This document shows positions 1 through 9,202 of a stretch of 64,000 bases of DNA, piece by piece. Numbering within the stretch: the first letter of the stretch is position 1; every line of letters starts with the position of its first letter. Origin of the DNA: a virus; IMG/VR virus record IMGVR_UViG_3300042368_001013, positions 1 to 64,000 of that record, one strand, 5' to 3'. The position numbers and the translations under genes were made by a program. A model generated the notes under the pieces. The model had not been told where the DNA came from, did not search any database, and saw only the letters and a list, made by a program, of their open reading frames with translations.

Positions 1-1
1 T

Positions 2-361
2 TTTGTAGCTCCACCTCCTCCACCGCCTCCACCACCGCCCCCTCCCCCTACACCGTATGACGGAAATGCAGATTTCCCAGAAATACTATTACCACCTCCG
101 CCTCCACCACCACCGCCTCCACCACCTCCCCGTGAACCTCCACCATCTAGACCTCAACCAAGAAGTCCAGTCATGGGAATGGATTGGATATTGGGAGTCT
201 GTGGACCAACAGACAGATTCAATAGACCTTGGATATCTCCTGATGTTCAATCTGAAATCAGAGATATACAGAAACCCATTGAAAAACCAATGGGAGGAAT
301 TAATGTTTCAGGTATAACAAGTTATGTAAGTATTCTCTTCAATAAGAGAAATTTTAAATAA
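2..361 (+). CDS. Partial (5'-truncated) polyproline-rich protein
   Basis: Frame 2 is open from the window edge (FVAPPPPPPPPPPPPPTPYDG...PPPPPPPREPPPSRPQPRSPVMGMDW...) to TAA at 359-361; the track ORF 173..361 is only its tail. Confidence 0.7.
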   Translation, partial: FVAPPPPPPPPPPPPPTPYDGNADFPEILLPPPPPPPPPPPPPREPPPSRPQPRSPVMGMDWILGVCGPTDRFNRPWISPDVQSEIRDIQKPIEKPMGGINVSGITSYVSILFNKRNFK

Positions 362-363
362 GA

Positions 364-582
364 TTAATTGAAGAACTTATCAATAATTTTGGTAAGTTCT
401 TCTTTTCTTTTTAATAGCTTGTTGTATTCTTTTTGGGATTCACGGCCATCGGTTTCCAGTCTACCGATTCTGTATTGTACATTTCCAAATTCATAAACCA
501 CTTCTTCCATATTTGAATTGGAAATGTTAGAAAGATCTTCAGTATCGATACCAAACAATGCTGCAGTTATCTTTTTATCCAT
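364..582 (-). CDS. Hypothetical protein (MDKKITAALF...), probably leaderless
   Basis: ATG at 582 lies 5 nt below TTGACT-16-TAGAAT (615..588). Confidence 0.65.
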   Translation of the reverse strand: MDKKITAALFGIDTEDLSNISNSNMEEVVYEFGNVQYRIGRLETDGRESQKEYNKLLKRKEELTKIIDKFFN

Positions 583-587
583 ACTAT

Positions 588-631
588 ATTCTACACTATA
601 TACTTGACAAGTCAATATTTTATGTTAGACT
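588..631. promoter_or_regulatory. Back-to-back divergent sigma70-type promoters with abutting -35 boxes (TTGACAAGTCAA)
   Basis: + strand TTGACA(604)-16-TAGACT(626) drives tRNA-Gly; - strand TTGACT(615)-16-TAGAAT(593) drives ORF 364..582. Confidence 0.7.
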
Positions 632-640
632 ATTATTGTT

Positions 641-712
641 GCGAATGTAACTCAGTGGTAGAGTCTCGGTTTTCCAAACCGATGGTCGTGGGTTCGAATC
701 CCATCGTTCGCT
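641..712 (+). tRNA. tRNA-Gly(TCC)
   Basis: Cloverleaf; acceptor GCGAATG/CGTTCGC, anticodon loop TTTCCAA, T-arm GGTTCGAATCC. Confidence 0.95.
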
Positions 713-735
713 TTTGACAATTAAAGACTATAAAA

Positions 736-868
736 CTGTATAGGGATAACTGATACCCTAGCAGTAATCAGAGGTGGGGCGCGGAATACCTTAGAAGAAC
801 GCGCAGGGCTAGTACTATACTTCCCAGACCTTGATCAGGGCTGGAAAAAGGATTCAATGCCCGACTTT
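736..868 (+). ncRNA. Candidate structured RNA between tRNA-Gly and tRNA-Tyr
   Basis: GC-rich non-coding spacer with stems TAGGG/CCCTA (loop CTGAT complementary to downstream ATCAG), GCGCG/CGCGC, CCAG-CCTTGATCAGGG-CTGG and closing AGGTGGGGC/GCCCGACTT. Confidence 0.5.
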
Positions 869-869
869 A

Positions 870-951
870 GCGAGTTTACTCAAGCGGTCAACGAGGGCAG
901 ACTGTAAATCTGCTGGCATTGCCTACGAAGGTTCGAATCCTTCAGCTCGCA
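870..951 (+). tRNA. tRNA-Tyr(GTA)
   Basis: Cloverleaf with long variable arm, anticodon loop CTGTAAA, GGTTCGAATCC. Confidence 0.95.
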
Positions 952-964
952 TTTGGAAAATTAG

Positions 965-1744
965 ATGAATTCAGAAAAAGAATATATTAGTAAATTAAAT
1001 TTACCAGAATATCCAGATATTTTAAAAATAGATTTACCATCTCGTAAAAGAGAATGGATGGATGTCAATAATGGTCACGCATATAAATGCCTTCCTTTAA
1101 ATGTTGCAAATGGATTTGGGTGGAATATATTATGCCCAATTACTTTTGATGCAACATGGAATGAAAACTTAAGACCAGAAAATTCAATAGAATTTAATTT
1201 TTTTCCAGAAGATAATACTTCGACTACAGAATATATTTTGAATCATAAATTAATATCATCCCACTTTGGGAATGGTATAATTACATTTTCTGGAATGAAT
1301 TACATTCTAAGAACTTCAAAAAATAACAATATTTTTGTAAAGGGACCAACAAATTATTTTAAGCATGGAGCGCAAGCTCTTGAAGCTGTAATTGAAACTG
1401 ATTGGATTCCATATAATTTTACTTTAAACTGGAAGATTACAAAACCAAATGAAAAAGTAGAATTTAAAAAAAATGAACCTATTGCAACTTTTTTCCCTAT
1501 TCCAAGAAATTACTTGGAAAATTTTGAGACTAAAGAAGAAAATCTAGAAATTACAGATGATCTTTATTTAGAGCACCGCAAATGGGTTGAGAAAAGAAAT
1601 GAAACACAAAAAGAAAATAAGACACATAATTTTTATACTCGTGGTATAGAAAATATTGATGAAAATAAGTTGTTTGACAATCATCAACGTGCTATAATAG
1701 GATGTCCATTTAAATTTTTTAAGAAAGACAAAACAGATGAGTGA
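965..1744 (+). CDS. DUF6065-like protein
   Basis: REWMD...HAYKCLPL..AN..GW and IETDW.PY.FT.NWK motifs typical of this family, which often neighbours 2OG oxygenases. Confidence 0.7.
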   Translation: MNSEKEYISKLNLPEYPDILKIDLPSRKREWMDVNNGHAYKCLPLNVANGFGWNILCPITFDATWNENLRPENSIEFNFFPEDNTSTTEYILNHKLISSHFGNGIITFSGMNYILRTSKNNNIFVKGPTNYFKHGAQALEAVIETDWIPYNFTLNWKITKPNEKVEFKKNEPIATFFPIPRNYLENFETKEENLEITDDLYLEHRKWVEKRNETQKENKTHNFYTRGIENIDENKLFDNHQRAIIGCPFKFFKKDKTDE

Positions 1745-2315
1745 AACAACTTTTCAAGCTAAAACATTTGATAATTTTATTTCTCCAGAAGAAGTTACAA
1801 AACTATTAAATTTTTGTAAAACAACAGATATATGGAGACCTGTTCCCGACAGTTTTTGGGATAAGCGAGTAATTAATTATTATGTTTCTACACCAGAAAT
1901 TAAAAATATTTTGGAATCTTTGGTTATTCGTATACAAGATATAATCATTAAAGAATATCAGTTAGACAAGCCAGTTTATCCTGACACTGTAGATGTTGTA
2001 AGATGGTTTGAAGGAATGAGCCAGGATCCACATTGTGATGATATGTCTAATGTTGTTGGTTGGAATGATAAAATGAAAAATCGTCATTTTGGTTGCGTTG
2101 TTTATTTAAATGATGATTATGAAGGCGGCAGAACTTATTATCCAAATCATAATTTTGAAATTGAACCAAAAAGTGGAAGAGTCGCTATTCATCTCGGTGA
2201 TTGCAACCATATGCATGGAGTTACACCTGTATCCAAAAATATTAGATATACTGTAGCAAGTTTCTGGTCTTTTAACAAGGAAGAAGCCGTTCAAGGTATT
2301 AATTATAAAGCTTAA
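1737..2315 (+). CDS. 2OG-Fe(II) oxygenase (prolyl-4-hydroxylase-like)
   Basis: HxD (HCD), YLNDDYEGG, distal H (HGVTPV) and RYT motifs. Confidence 0.9.
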   Translation: MSETTFQAKTFDNFISPEEVTKLLNFCKTTDIWRPVPDSFWDKRVINYYVSTPEIKNILESLVIRIQDIIIKEYQLDKPVYPDTVDVVRWFEGMSQDPHCDDMSNVVGWNDKMKNRHFGCVVYLNDDYEGGRTYYPNHNFEIEPKSGRVAIHLGDCNHMHGVTPVSKNIRYTVASFWSFNKEEAVQGINYKA

Positions 2316-2322
2316 ATACTTT

Positions 2323-2645
2323 TGGTATTGTTGATATTGGATTGAAATGCGTACAAGACGGGGGTTCGAATCCCCCCGACTCCATTAGCCTAAGTCAGAG
2401 AATCTGCAATCTTCTGAAAACGGCGAGCCAAGTCCTCGTAGCAGCGGGGCATTTCCCGAAGTCCTAGGCTTCGGGTCACCGGGGTCGAAAGGAATAGATT
2501 GGCGCAAAGTAATGAAGAAGGAGATACCCGACACGGGTAACAAGTGTCGTAAATAAACAGTTGCAAAAAATAATTGCTAACGAATTAGCAATGGCTGCTT
2601 AAAGCAGTGGGGTTCGCCCGGTTTCCCGCATCTGAAAACCGGGCT
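2323..2645 (+). ncRNA. ssrA: Circularly permuted (two-piece) tmRNA; tag (A)ANELAMAA*
   Basis: Acceptor piece 2323-2384 (T-arm GGGGGTTCGAATCCCCC, 3' strand CGACTCC-A) precedes coding piece starting GGGGTCG at 2481. G3-U70 pair, pk1 CCCGACACGGG...GTGTCG, resume context ATAATT-GCT at 2576, stop ending 2602. Confidence 0.92.
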
Positions 2646-2650
2646 TTTTT
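2616..2650 (+). terminator. Intrinsic terminator ending the tmRNA coding piece
   Basis: GCCCGGTTT...AAACCGGGC followed by T6. Confidence 0.8.
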
Positions 2651-2667
2651 ATTGTCTAAATATTTTT

Positions 2668-3285
2668 ATGAATTTGAAAGAAAATTTAGAAAAATTACAA
2701 TGTGCCAAACTACAAGCCGAAAAACAAAATCTTGTAGAGCAATTTGAATTACTTAAAAAAATAAATGTTAATAATTTTTTAAGTGAATCACCAATGAGCG
2801 CCCAAATGGGTTCTTTTTCTGGACAGCAAAGCCCAATGATGTCCCAGCAAGGAACTTCACCACAACAAATGAGAAGTAAACGCGGTGGCAAAAATGCCAT
2901 GCCAATGATGGGACCAGAAGAAACACCTTTAGCACCCGGACAAGATCCAAGAACAGGATTTACCGTACAGGCTCAATATGGTATTCCTGATCCTGAAATG
3001 GCAATGATCAAGAAAGATGGCGTTCAAGCACTCAAAAAAGCAGAACAAGGACAAAATCCATTAAATCAGCAATATAATTTGGCTATGGCTCAGCAAGGCT
3101 TTGCATTGACCCCAGATTGGGCACAAGCACAACAATATTATATGGATCAATACTATGATGATCCAAACGTCCCAGGAAGACAAACTGCAGATAAGCCATC
3201 TTGGCAAAACTTACAAACAGCTCTTTCTAACTATGTTGGCAGCGAAGTAAATGAATTAATACGCAAACAAAGAATGCTAGGATAA
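2668..3285 (+). CDS. Gln/Met/Pro-rich hypothetical, putative internal virion protein
   Basis: TAAATA late box 5 nt upstream; N-terminal coiled coil ending FLSE. Confidence 0.7.
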   Translation: MNLKENLEKLQCAKLQAEKQNLVEQFELLKKINVNNFLSESPMSAQMGSFSGQQSPMMSQQGTSPQQMRSKRGGKNAMPMMGPEETPLAPGQDPRTGFTVQAQYGIPDPEMAMIKKDGVQALKKAEQGQNPLNQQYNLAMAQQGFALTPDWAQAQQYYMDQYYDDPNVPGRQTADKPSWQNLQTALSNYVGSEVNELIRKQRMLG

Positions 3286-3289
3286 TAAA

Positions 3290-3961
3290 ATGAATAAAAA
3301 AGACTACACCGATCAATATTATAAGCATTTATATGAAAAGCTCAGTGAGAGAGCTTATCTTCTTGAAAAAATGTTAAAGAAAAAGAAAATTGAAGCCCAT
3401 TCAAAAAAATCTAAAAAGTTAGATCCAGTTGGCAAAGAAGATGAAGATGTTGATAATGATGGAAAGCCAAATACCAAAACTGATCAATATCTCAAAAATC
3501 GTCGCAAGAAAATTAAACAAGCGATGATGAAAAAGAAACAATCAGTTGAAGAAGGAACAATTATCACCAATGGTGAATTGTTTTATGGTGGGTTTCCAAA
3601 AGTACTCAATGAAGTAAAATATGAAATTCCAGCTAAAGCCAGTGATATAGCAGGTAATTTGGGTGCTATTGGTCCCGATGAGTTTGAAGAAATATTAAAA
3701 AGTGGTGGCCACCCGTTGATGTCCGGTCAAACAGAAACTGGCCGCAGAGGAGTTCCAAAGTTAGTTCGTGATTTGGCTATGATGCACTTGGGAAACTTAA
3801 AGAGACACCCAAAAGGAAAAGTTGAAGGATACGGGCCAGACCATGATATGTTCAAAGAAGCAGAAGCAGCTCATGAATTCTTTAAAGATAATTTTCCTGC
3901 TTTTGGTGTAGAAGATCAAATTGCACAAGAATACAATATTCATGAATTGAAAAAGAAATAA
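3290..3961 (+). CDS. Hypothetical, YYK-leader family putative internal virion protein
   Basis: DQYYKHLYEKLSER leader; LDPVGKEDEDVDNDG..D.YLKNRR motif. Confidence 0.75.
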   Translation: MNKKDYTDQYYKHLYEKLSERAYLLEKMLKKKKIEAHSKKSKKLDPVGKEDEDVDNDGKPNTKTDQYLKNRRKKIKQAMMKKKQSVEEGTIITNGELFYGGFPKVLNEVKYEIPAKASDIAGNLGAIGPDEFEEILKSGGHPLMSGQTETGRRGVPKLVRDLAMMHLGNLKRHPKGKVEGYGPDHDMFKEAEAAHEFFKDNFPAFGVEDQIAQEYNIHELKKK

Positions 3962-4042
3962 AAACCCCTGTAAAGATTTAACGATCTTTCGACCCCTTCT
4001 ATTCTCTGCGCGGAAGGGGTTTTTCTTTCCATAAATAATTCT

Positions 4043-4903
4043 ATGATCAAAGCTGTAGGTGATAAATTCTATGTTTTCAATTCAACAGGAAAAAAAGTTC
4101 TTGGAAAACATTCATCCAAGAAAAAAGCTGTTGCACAATTGCAAGCAATTGAGATATCAAAAAAGGAGAAAATGGAAGGGGTGTTCAAACCATTTTCCTT
4201 GTTTGTAAGCGAAGAAATAAAAAGCACTCTAGAATATCACAATACATTAAACCAAACCCTGTGGAATGGTTTTGATATCAAGCCCGAAGTAAGACACAAA
4301 CTATTGGAAATTGGAAGTGCTTGGGCTGAATGGGCTCAAATTCCAAAAGAAGCCATTGCGGATATGATATTGGTTGGTGGAAATGCAAATTACAATTACA
4401 CACCAAAGTCAGACATTGATTTGCACATCTTAATCGATCTTGATGCAATACCTGATTGCCCATCGTACATAGATCAATATCTCAAAGATAAAAAACAACT
4501 TTGGTCATTAACACACCAAATAAAAATTTATGATCAGCCTGTTGAAGTTTATGCTCAAGACATGAACGATGGTTTTGTGAAGAATCAAGGTGTCTTTAGT
4601 TTGAATCGGGATTCTTGGTTATCTGAACCAGTATATAAAGATATAAGTCTGAATGATCCATATACTTTACAAAAAGTCGAAGATTATATGGATCAAATTG
4701 ATAATCTTATCAATAGCAATGCAGATGTTTCTGTTTTTAAAGTATTAAAAAATAAATTTAAAGATATGAGATCAGAAAGCATCAAAGTTGGTGGAGAGTT
4801 TTCTCAGGGAAACTTAATATTTAAAGAACTCAGAAACCAAGGATATCTTGATAAAATGAGTAAATATATTCAAAATAGATCAGATGAGAAGTTGAGTCTT
4901 TAA
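4043..4903 (+). CDS. Pol-beta-superfamily nucleotidyltransferase-like protein
   Basis: GG-NANYNY-x-SDIDLH motif and a later acidic residue (VEVY); late promoter 5 nt upstream. Confidence 0.75.
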   Translation: MIKAVGDKFYVFNSTGKKVLGKHSSKKKAVAQLQAIEISKKEKMEGVFKPFSLFVSEEIKSTLEYHNTLNQTLWNGFDIKPEVRHKLLEIGSAWAEWAQIPKEAIADMILVGGNANYNYTPKSDIDLHILIDLDAIPDCPSYIDQYLKDKKQLWSLTHQIKIYDQPVEVYAQDMNDGFVKNQGVFSLNRDSWLSEPVYKDISLNDPYTLQKVEDYMDQIDNLINSNADVSVFKVLKNKFKDMRSESIKVGGEFSQGNLIFKELRNQGYLDKMSKYIQNRSDEKLSL

Positions 4904-4940
4904 CTCCTAACCGTTTAGCCTAATATGGATAAATAACTGT

Positions 4941-6980
4941 ATGGAAAATAAAAAAGAAAATTTTATTAAAAAATTTTTAAGTAAAGATAAAGATTTTCAA
5001 AAACAGCAAGAAGTTTTATTTAAAAAAAAGAGAATGGAAGAATATTATTCCAAACCTAAAAATAAAATAACAGATTTAAATGAGAATGCAAAAACACAAA
5101 TAATATCTTCAATTGATAAAATTTTTAAAAATACAAAAAATAAATCATTAAATAAAAAAACAAAATCTATTGAAGGATCGTGGACTACACACATGACTCC
5201 TTATGGAATATTTTTTTATAATAAAGAGCAAAAAATTTGGGTTAATAATTTTGGAAAAACGGCAGATGATTTGAGCCAACTTATTGATTTTTATGATCTT
5301 GATTTTATAAGCAATGATCCTTCAATAAATTCTACTGAAAATTATTTTATTTCTGGGTGGGGAGAAAATGTTTTTCGCAACTTACAAATTCCACAAACTA
5401 TAACAACTGCTGAAAAAATTTCTACAGGATATTATAGCATTGTTGCAACTCTTTTAGATGGGTCTATTGTAATTTGGGGCAGTACTCCAGATGCAAATTC
5501 ATATCCAACTACGCTACCAAACAACCCCTCGTTCATATCATCGGGTTCAGAATACTTCTTGGCTATAAATGAAGATCAAACCATAACTCCTCACGCTTAT
5601 GGTGATGGCAATGACTATTTACAAGCAACACCACCTGCTGGTCTTACTGGAGTAATTGATGTGTCTGCTAACTTTAAGAGCAGCTGCGCCTTAAAAGATA
5701 ATGGAGAAATATTTACTTTTGGTGATAATGAATATGGACAGTTAGACTTCCCCCCTGGAATAGGAACATGCATAGATGCCTCAATGGGGGGAGACCATGG
5801 TTCGGCAATTAAGAGCAATTTTGAAGTAGTATGTTGGGGAAACAATGATGAAGGACAGTGTAATGTTCCCGCCGGATTTACAGCAAATCAAGTTATCACC
5901 GGAGACAAATATACTTGTGCATTAAAAGGAGATGGCACAGTATCTTGCTGGGGATTAAATTCTTTAAATCAATGTGATGTTCCAGTTGGATTAAATAATG
6001 TGATCAAAATAAAAGGAAATGCTGCTCACACTGTAGCTTTAAAATCTAATGGTACAGCAGTAGCTTGGGGCTATAATGAATTTGGTCAGTGCAACATATT
6101 AGAGTATGATCTACCAATAGTCGATGTGGATGCTGGATTGTATAGTACGGGATTGGTTTTTTTGAATGGAGATATAAAAATAATATCAACTTCTACTGGA
6201 TTATTGGCACCAGTTACTCCTGAATCACCAATTGACATAAAAGCTAATTTAAGAGTAACAATGGTATTACAAAAAAATGGAAAGACTGTTGTATGGGGTG
6301 CTTTAAATAATCCATTTGGAAGTAATACATTTTCAAAAATAAGAAATGGAAAAGAAGATACGATATATGCAATTAAATCTGATAATTCTTTAGTAACTTT
6401 TGCTGATTATAGTGGCCAAAATGATCCAGACGGAATACCGAGACCCAGCCCATTACCAAATGCAATAGATGCGGATGGTGGTTACCAACATTCTGTTATA
6501 TTGAAACCAGATGGCACGGTTGTTTGTTGGGGTTGGAATTTGTATAATCAATGTGACACACCAGCTGGATTGAGTGATGTGGTGCAGGTTACAGCCACTG
6601 CATATGCAAGCTTTGCTTTAAAATCCGATGGAACTATTGTTTCTTGGGGTGGTAATAACTTTGGAGAAAGAAATATACCCGGTGGTCTTTCTAATGTTAT
6701 AAAAATAAGTGGTGGGTGGTATCATATGATGGCGTTAAAATCAGATGGTACTGTTGTTTGCTGGGGAAACAATGATTTTGGAAGATGCGACGTTCCTGTT
6801 AATTTAAATAATGTAATTGACATAAGTGGTGGAGAAAATCATAGTGCTGCATTAAAATCAGATAGAACTATGGTTGCCTGGGGAAGCAACGCCCAAGGTC
6901 AATTAAATATACCAGCAGGGTTATCAAAAATTCAAAAAATGGATGGCAGAGGAAAAAGTATATTTGTTCTTTATGCCTGA
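4941..6980 (+). CDS. RCC1/BLIP-II beta-propeller repeat protein
   Basis: Many (H)xxALKxDGTVVCWGxNxxGQxxxP repeats. Confidence 0.9.
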   Translation: MENKKENFIKKFLSKDKDFQKQQEVLFKKKRMEEYYSKPKNKITDLNENAKTQIISSIDKIFKNTKNKSLNKKTKSIEGSWTTHMTPYGIFFYNKEQKIWVNNFGKTADDLSQLIDFYDLDFISNDPSINSTENYFISGWGENVFRNLQIPQTITTAEKISTGYYSIVATLLDGSIVIWGSTPDANSYPTTLPNNPSFISSGSEYFLAINEDQTITPHAYGDGNDYLQATPPAGLTGVIDVSANFKSSCALKDNGEIFTFGDNEYGQLDFPPGIGTCIDASMGGDHGSAIKSNFEVVCWGNNDEGQCNVPAGFTANQVITGDKYTCALKGDGTVSCWGLNSLNQCDVPVGLNNVIKIKGNAAHTVALKSNGTAVAWGYNEFGQCNILEYDLPIVDVDAGLYSTGLVFLNGDIKIISTSTGLLAPVTPESPIDIKANLRVTMVLQKNGKTVVWGALNNPFGSNTFSKIRNGKEDTIYAIKSDNSLVTFADYSGQNDPDGIPRPSPLPNAIDADGGYQHSVILKPDGTVVCWGWNLYNQCDTPAGLSDVVQVTATAYASFALKSDGTIVSWGGNNFGERNIPGGLSNVIKISGGWYHMMALKSDGTVVCWGNNDFGRCDVPVNLNNVIDISGGENHSAALKSDRTMVAWGSNAQGQLNIPAGLSKIQKMDGRGKSIFVLYA

Positions 6981-7232
6981 TTAGTTTTCTACCATTTCAA
7001 CCCAATCTTGATGGATCACATGGTTTCCACCATAGCCATCTTTGATCTTGCTGACATCCCACCAGATGGTATCACCAACTTTAATGTCTTCGGTTAGTTT
7101 GTCCCCAATAGCCAAAACCTTAGCAGGAATAATCTTTGATTTAGATTTTTCCTGATAAATGATTCCTGCTTCAGACGTTTTTTCTCCACCAATCAGCGCT
7201 TTTGCAACAATCCATTTTCCTATTGGTTTCAT
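6981..7232 (-). CDS. GroES-like co-chaperonin
   Basis: MKPIGKWIVA...EKTSEAGII...AKVLAIG...IKVGD pattern. Confidence 0.75.
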   Translation of the reverse strand: MKPIGKWIVAKALIGGEKTSEAGIIYQEKSKSKIIPAKVLAIGDKLTEDIKVGDTIWWDVSKIKDGYGGNHVIHQDWVEMVEN

Positions 7233-7355
7233 ATTATTTCTTTCTTGAATCTTCAATCATGCATTGGATACCATAAACAATCATGGAAACTCCAAAAATA
7301 GCCAAAAGTAAAAGTACACTAAAATATATAAGATTTTGTATTAAATTACCCATAA

Positions 7356-7426
7356 TTCCTCAGATAGGATTCGAACCTATACAAAGAGATCCAAAGTCTC
7401 TGGTGCTACCGTTACACTACCGAGGA
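7356..7426 (-). tRNA. tRNA-Gln(TTG)
   Basis: Cloverleaf on minus strand, anticodon loop CTTTGGA. Confidence 0.93.
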
Positions 7427-7960
7427 ATGAATTTTAGCGCAATAATTATTCATAATAATTGAACTTGCGCAACCGACATTGATGCTTCTCACAGATCCAT
7501 ATTGAGGAATATACAAGACATCATCACACATACTTAGCACATCCGTAGGAACGCCAATTTGTTCCTGCCCAAAGATCATAATATAATGCACATTTGGATC
7601 AAAGTCAAATGCATTTACGTCTTTAGCTTCAGGAATGTTGTCTATTCCAATGAGTCTGACTGGTCCTGATTCTTGCTTGGATTCAAAATAAGATCCAAGG
7701 TCATCAATAGTTCGTACATGATTAAAATTGGTATAATGGTGAGTACCAACAGTACCACGACGATCATATTTTTTATGCCCATAGATTACTACTTCTTTTG
7801 CAAGAAACGCATTAGCATTTCGAATGACCGTGGCGATATTAAAGTCATTGCCAATATTGCAACACACAACACTGAAGTTATGTCGCTTAGTATCAAGATC
7901 AGCCCTGATTGCATCGTCGTTCCAGTAATGGTAATGATTAATAATATTACGAGTTTCCAT
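7412..7960 (-). CDS. TrmH/SpoU-family RNA 2'-O-methyltransferase (start revised to METRNII)
   Basis: SPOUT motifs NIATVIRNANAF, FGQEQIG, IPQYGSVRSINVGCA. Confidence 0.88.
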   Translation of the reverse strand: METRNIINHYHYWNDDAIRADLDTKRHNFSVVCCNIGNDFNIATVIRNANAFLAKEVVIYGHKKYDRRGTVGTHHYTNFNHVRTIDDLGSYFESKQESGPVRLIGIDNIPEAKDVNAFDFDPNVHYIMIFGQEQIGVPTDVLSMCDDVLYIPQYGSVRSINVGCASSIIMNNYCAKIHSSVV

Positions 7961-8423
7961 GATCCACAACCTCGTAGCCATTCTTGATGCGAACTTCTTC
8001 GCAGAAGGTGTGGTAATGTATTCCAGATTGGCAAAGATTTCCTGGTTTTCCAGTAATCTCGCAAATTTTATAAGATTCATCTTCTGCGGTGTCAATCAAC
8101 TTTCTAACATCATGATACAGTTTGTCATTGTCCGTGTTCATCATGTAGTAAAACCGAAGACCACCAAACTTCTCTTTGATTTGAAGAAGCATAAACAAAG
8201 GCTGTTCAGGGTCTTCCTTTGTATTCTTTCTCTCTTCATCAAGAAGAACAGAAAGATCTGAGCACAGTTTATCAACAAGCAGATACCAGCCACTAGGGAG
8301 ATTATATGCTGCACTATGAACCATACCCTTGAAAACAGAAGGATAATCTTCAATCAGTTTGTCAATTGGATCTGCGTATTCTTTTAGTTCAATGGGATTC
8401 ATTCGTCTTTTCCTTTTCCCCAA
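7947..8423 (-). CDS. Conserved phage hypothetical protein
   Basis: GW..L, QIKEKFGGLRFY and CEITG motifs. Confidence 0.75.
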   Translation of the reverse strand: MGKRKRRMNPIELKEYADPIDKLIEDYPSVFKGMVHSAAYNLPSGWYLLVDKLCSDLSVLLDEERKNTKEDPEQPLFMLLQIKEKFGGLRFYYMMNTDNDKLYHDVRKLIDTAEDESYKICEITGKPGNLCQSGIHYHTFCEEVRIKNGYEVVDHGNS

Positions 8424-8599
8424 CCAGTTCCATGGTTGTAGGCGGTGATTATAGATTCCTTCGTTTCTAATGCAGAGTTACGTTGTACACGGAGTACACG
8501 AATTTCCTCTGCCGCATCTCTGCAAACTTCAAAGACTTCTCGGTTTGCATCTTGCCACTTATTGGCCATGTTTCTCAAACGTAGTTCAATGTCTTTCAT
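8399..8599 (-). CDS. Hypothetical protein
   Basis: ORF directly downstream of tRNA-Glu in the same unit. Confidence 0.6.
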   Translation of the reverse strand: MKDIELRLRNMANKWQDANREVFEVCRDAAEEIRVLRVQRNSALETKESIITAYNHGTGWGKGKDE

Positions 8600-8607
8600 A
8601 AGTTTAG

Positions 8608-8682
8608 TGATCCTGACGGGATTCGAACCCGTGTTGTGGCCTTGAAAGGGCCGCGTCCTTGACCAGACTAGACGACAGGACC
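8608..8682 (-). tRNA. tRNA-Glu(TTC)
   Basis: Cloverleaf, anticodon loop CTTTCAA. Confidence 0.93.
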
Positions 8683-8688
8683 ATTTGA

Positions 8689-8853
8689 TTATTCAAATTT
8701 TGCGCGAATCTCGTTCGCAAGGAAAGCAATCAGCATACCAATTACGCTACCAACAATAGCACCTTCATAGTTATAGTGGTAAGACAAACCAATCAGATTG
8801 ATTACTATAAGAAGGGCCATCGGAACCGTGAGTTTGTTAATAATGTTTTTCAT
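8689..8853 (-). CDS. Small membrane protein, probably leaderless
   Basis: Two hydrophobic segments; ATG 6 nt below TTGCCT-16-TATAAT. Confidence 0.65.
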   Translation of the reverse strand: MKNIINKLTVPMALLIVINLIGLSYHYNYEGAIVGSVIGMLIAFLANEIRAKFE

Positions 8854-8860
8854 AATTGAA

Positions 8861-9202
8861 TTATACATCAAGAATCACTTTAGGCAAGTATTTATGGCTA
8901 ACATTCTTATAACCAACTGGTTTAGTGCTATTTTCTATATGAGTTATTCTTCTATGGCAATTTGCACACACACATTGACATTTTTTAATTTCATCAAGTA
9001 CTTTGACAATAGTGCTTGACTCCAGAAGTCTTGTGACCTTTGCAACTTTTGTAGAAGGATCTATATGATGCCATTCCAAACAAATGGGATCATTTAGACC
9101 ACAAAGTTCACACTTCTTATCTTTCATAAAATTTGCATACCAAAGTCTTCGTTCAGCTCTTTGCTTACGCTTGTGCAATACATTATTTTTTTTATTTGCC
9201 AT
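8861..9202 (-). CDS. HNH endonuclease (start revised to MANKK)
   Basis: CELCG...LEWHHIDP...CANCHR; free-standing between tRNA genes. Confidence 0.85.
   Translation of the reverse strand: MANKKNNVLHKRKQRAERRLWYANFMKDKKCELCGLNDPICLEWHHIDPSTKVAKVTRLLESSTIVKVLDEIKKCQCVCANCHRRITHIENSTKPVGYKNVSHKYLPKVILDV

Noticed and set aside
57-317. His-rich 86-aa ORF
   Set aside because: Alternative frame of the polyproline-coding CCA/CCT repeats
2385-2480. HDV-like (theta) or twister ribozyme in the tmRNA spacer
   Set aside because: TCCTCGT and TAA/CCAAG fragments are present, but the required P1/P3 or pseudoknot pairings could not be built by hand
8608-8682. Possible TCA suppressor/Sec tRNA or recoded genetic code
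   Set aside because: The 7-nt loop CTTTCAA centres on TTC (Glu); core genes translate intact with the standard code
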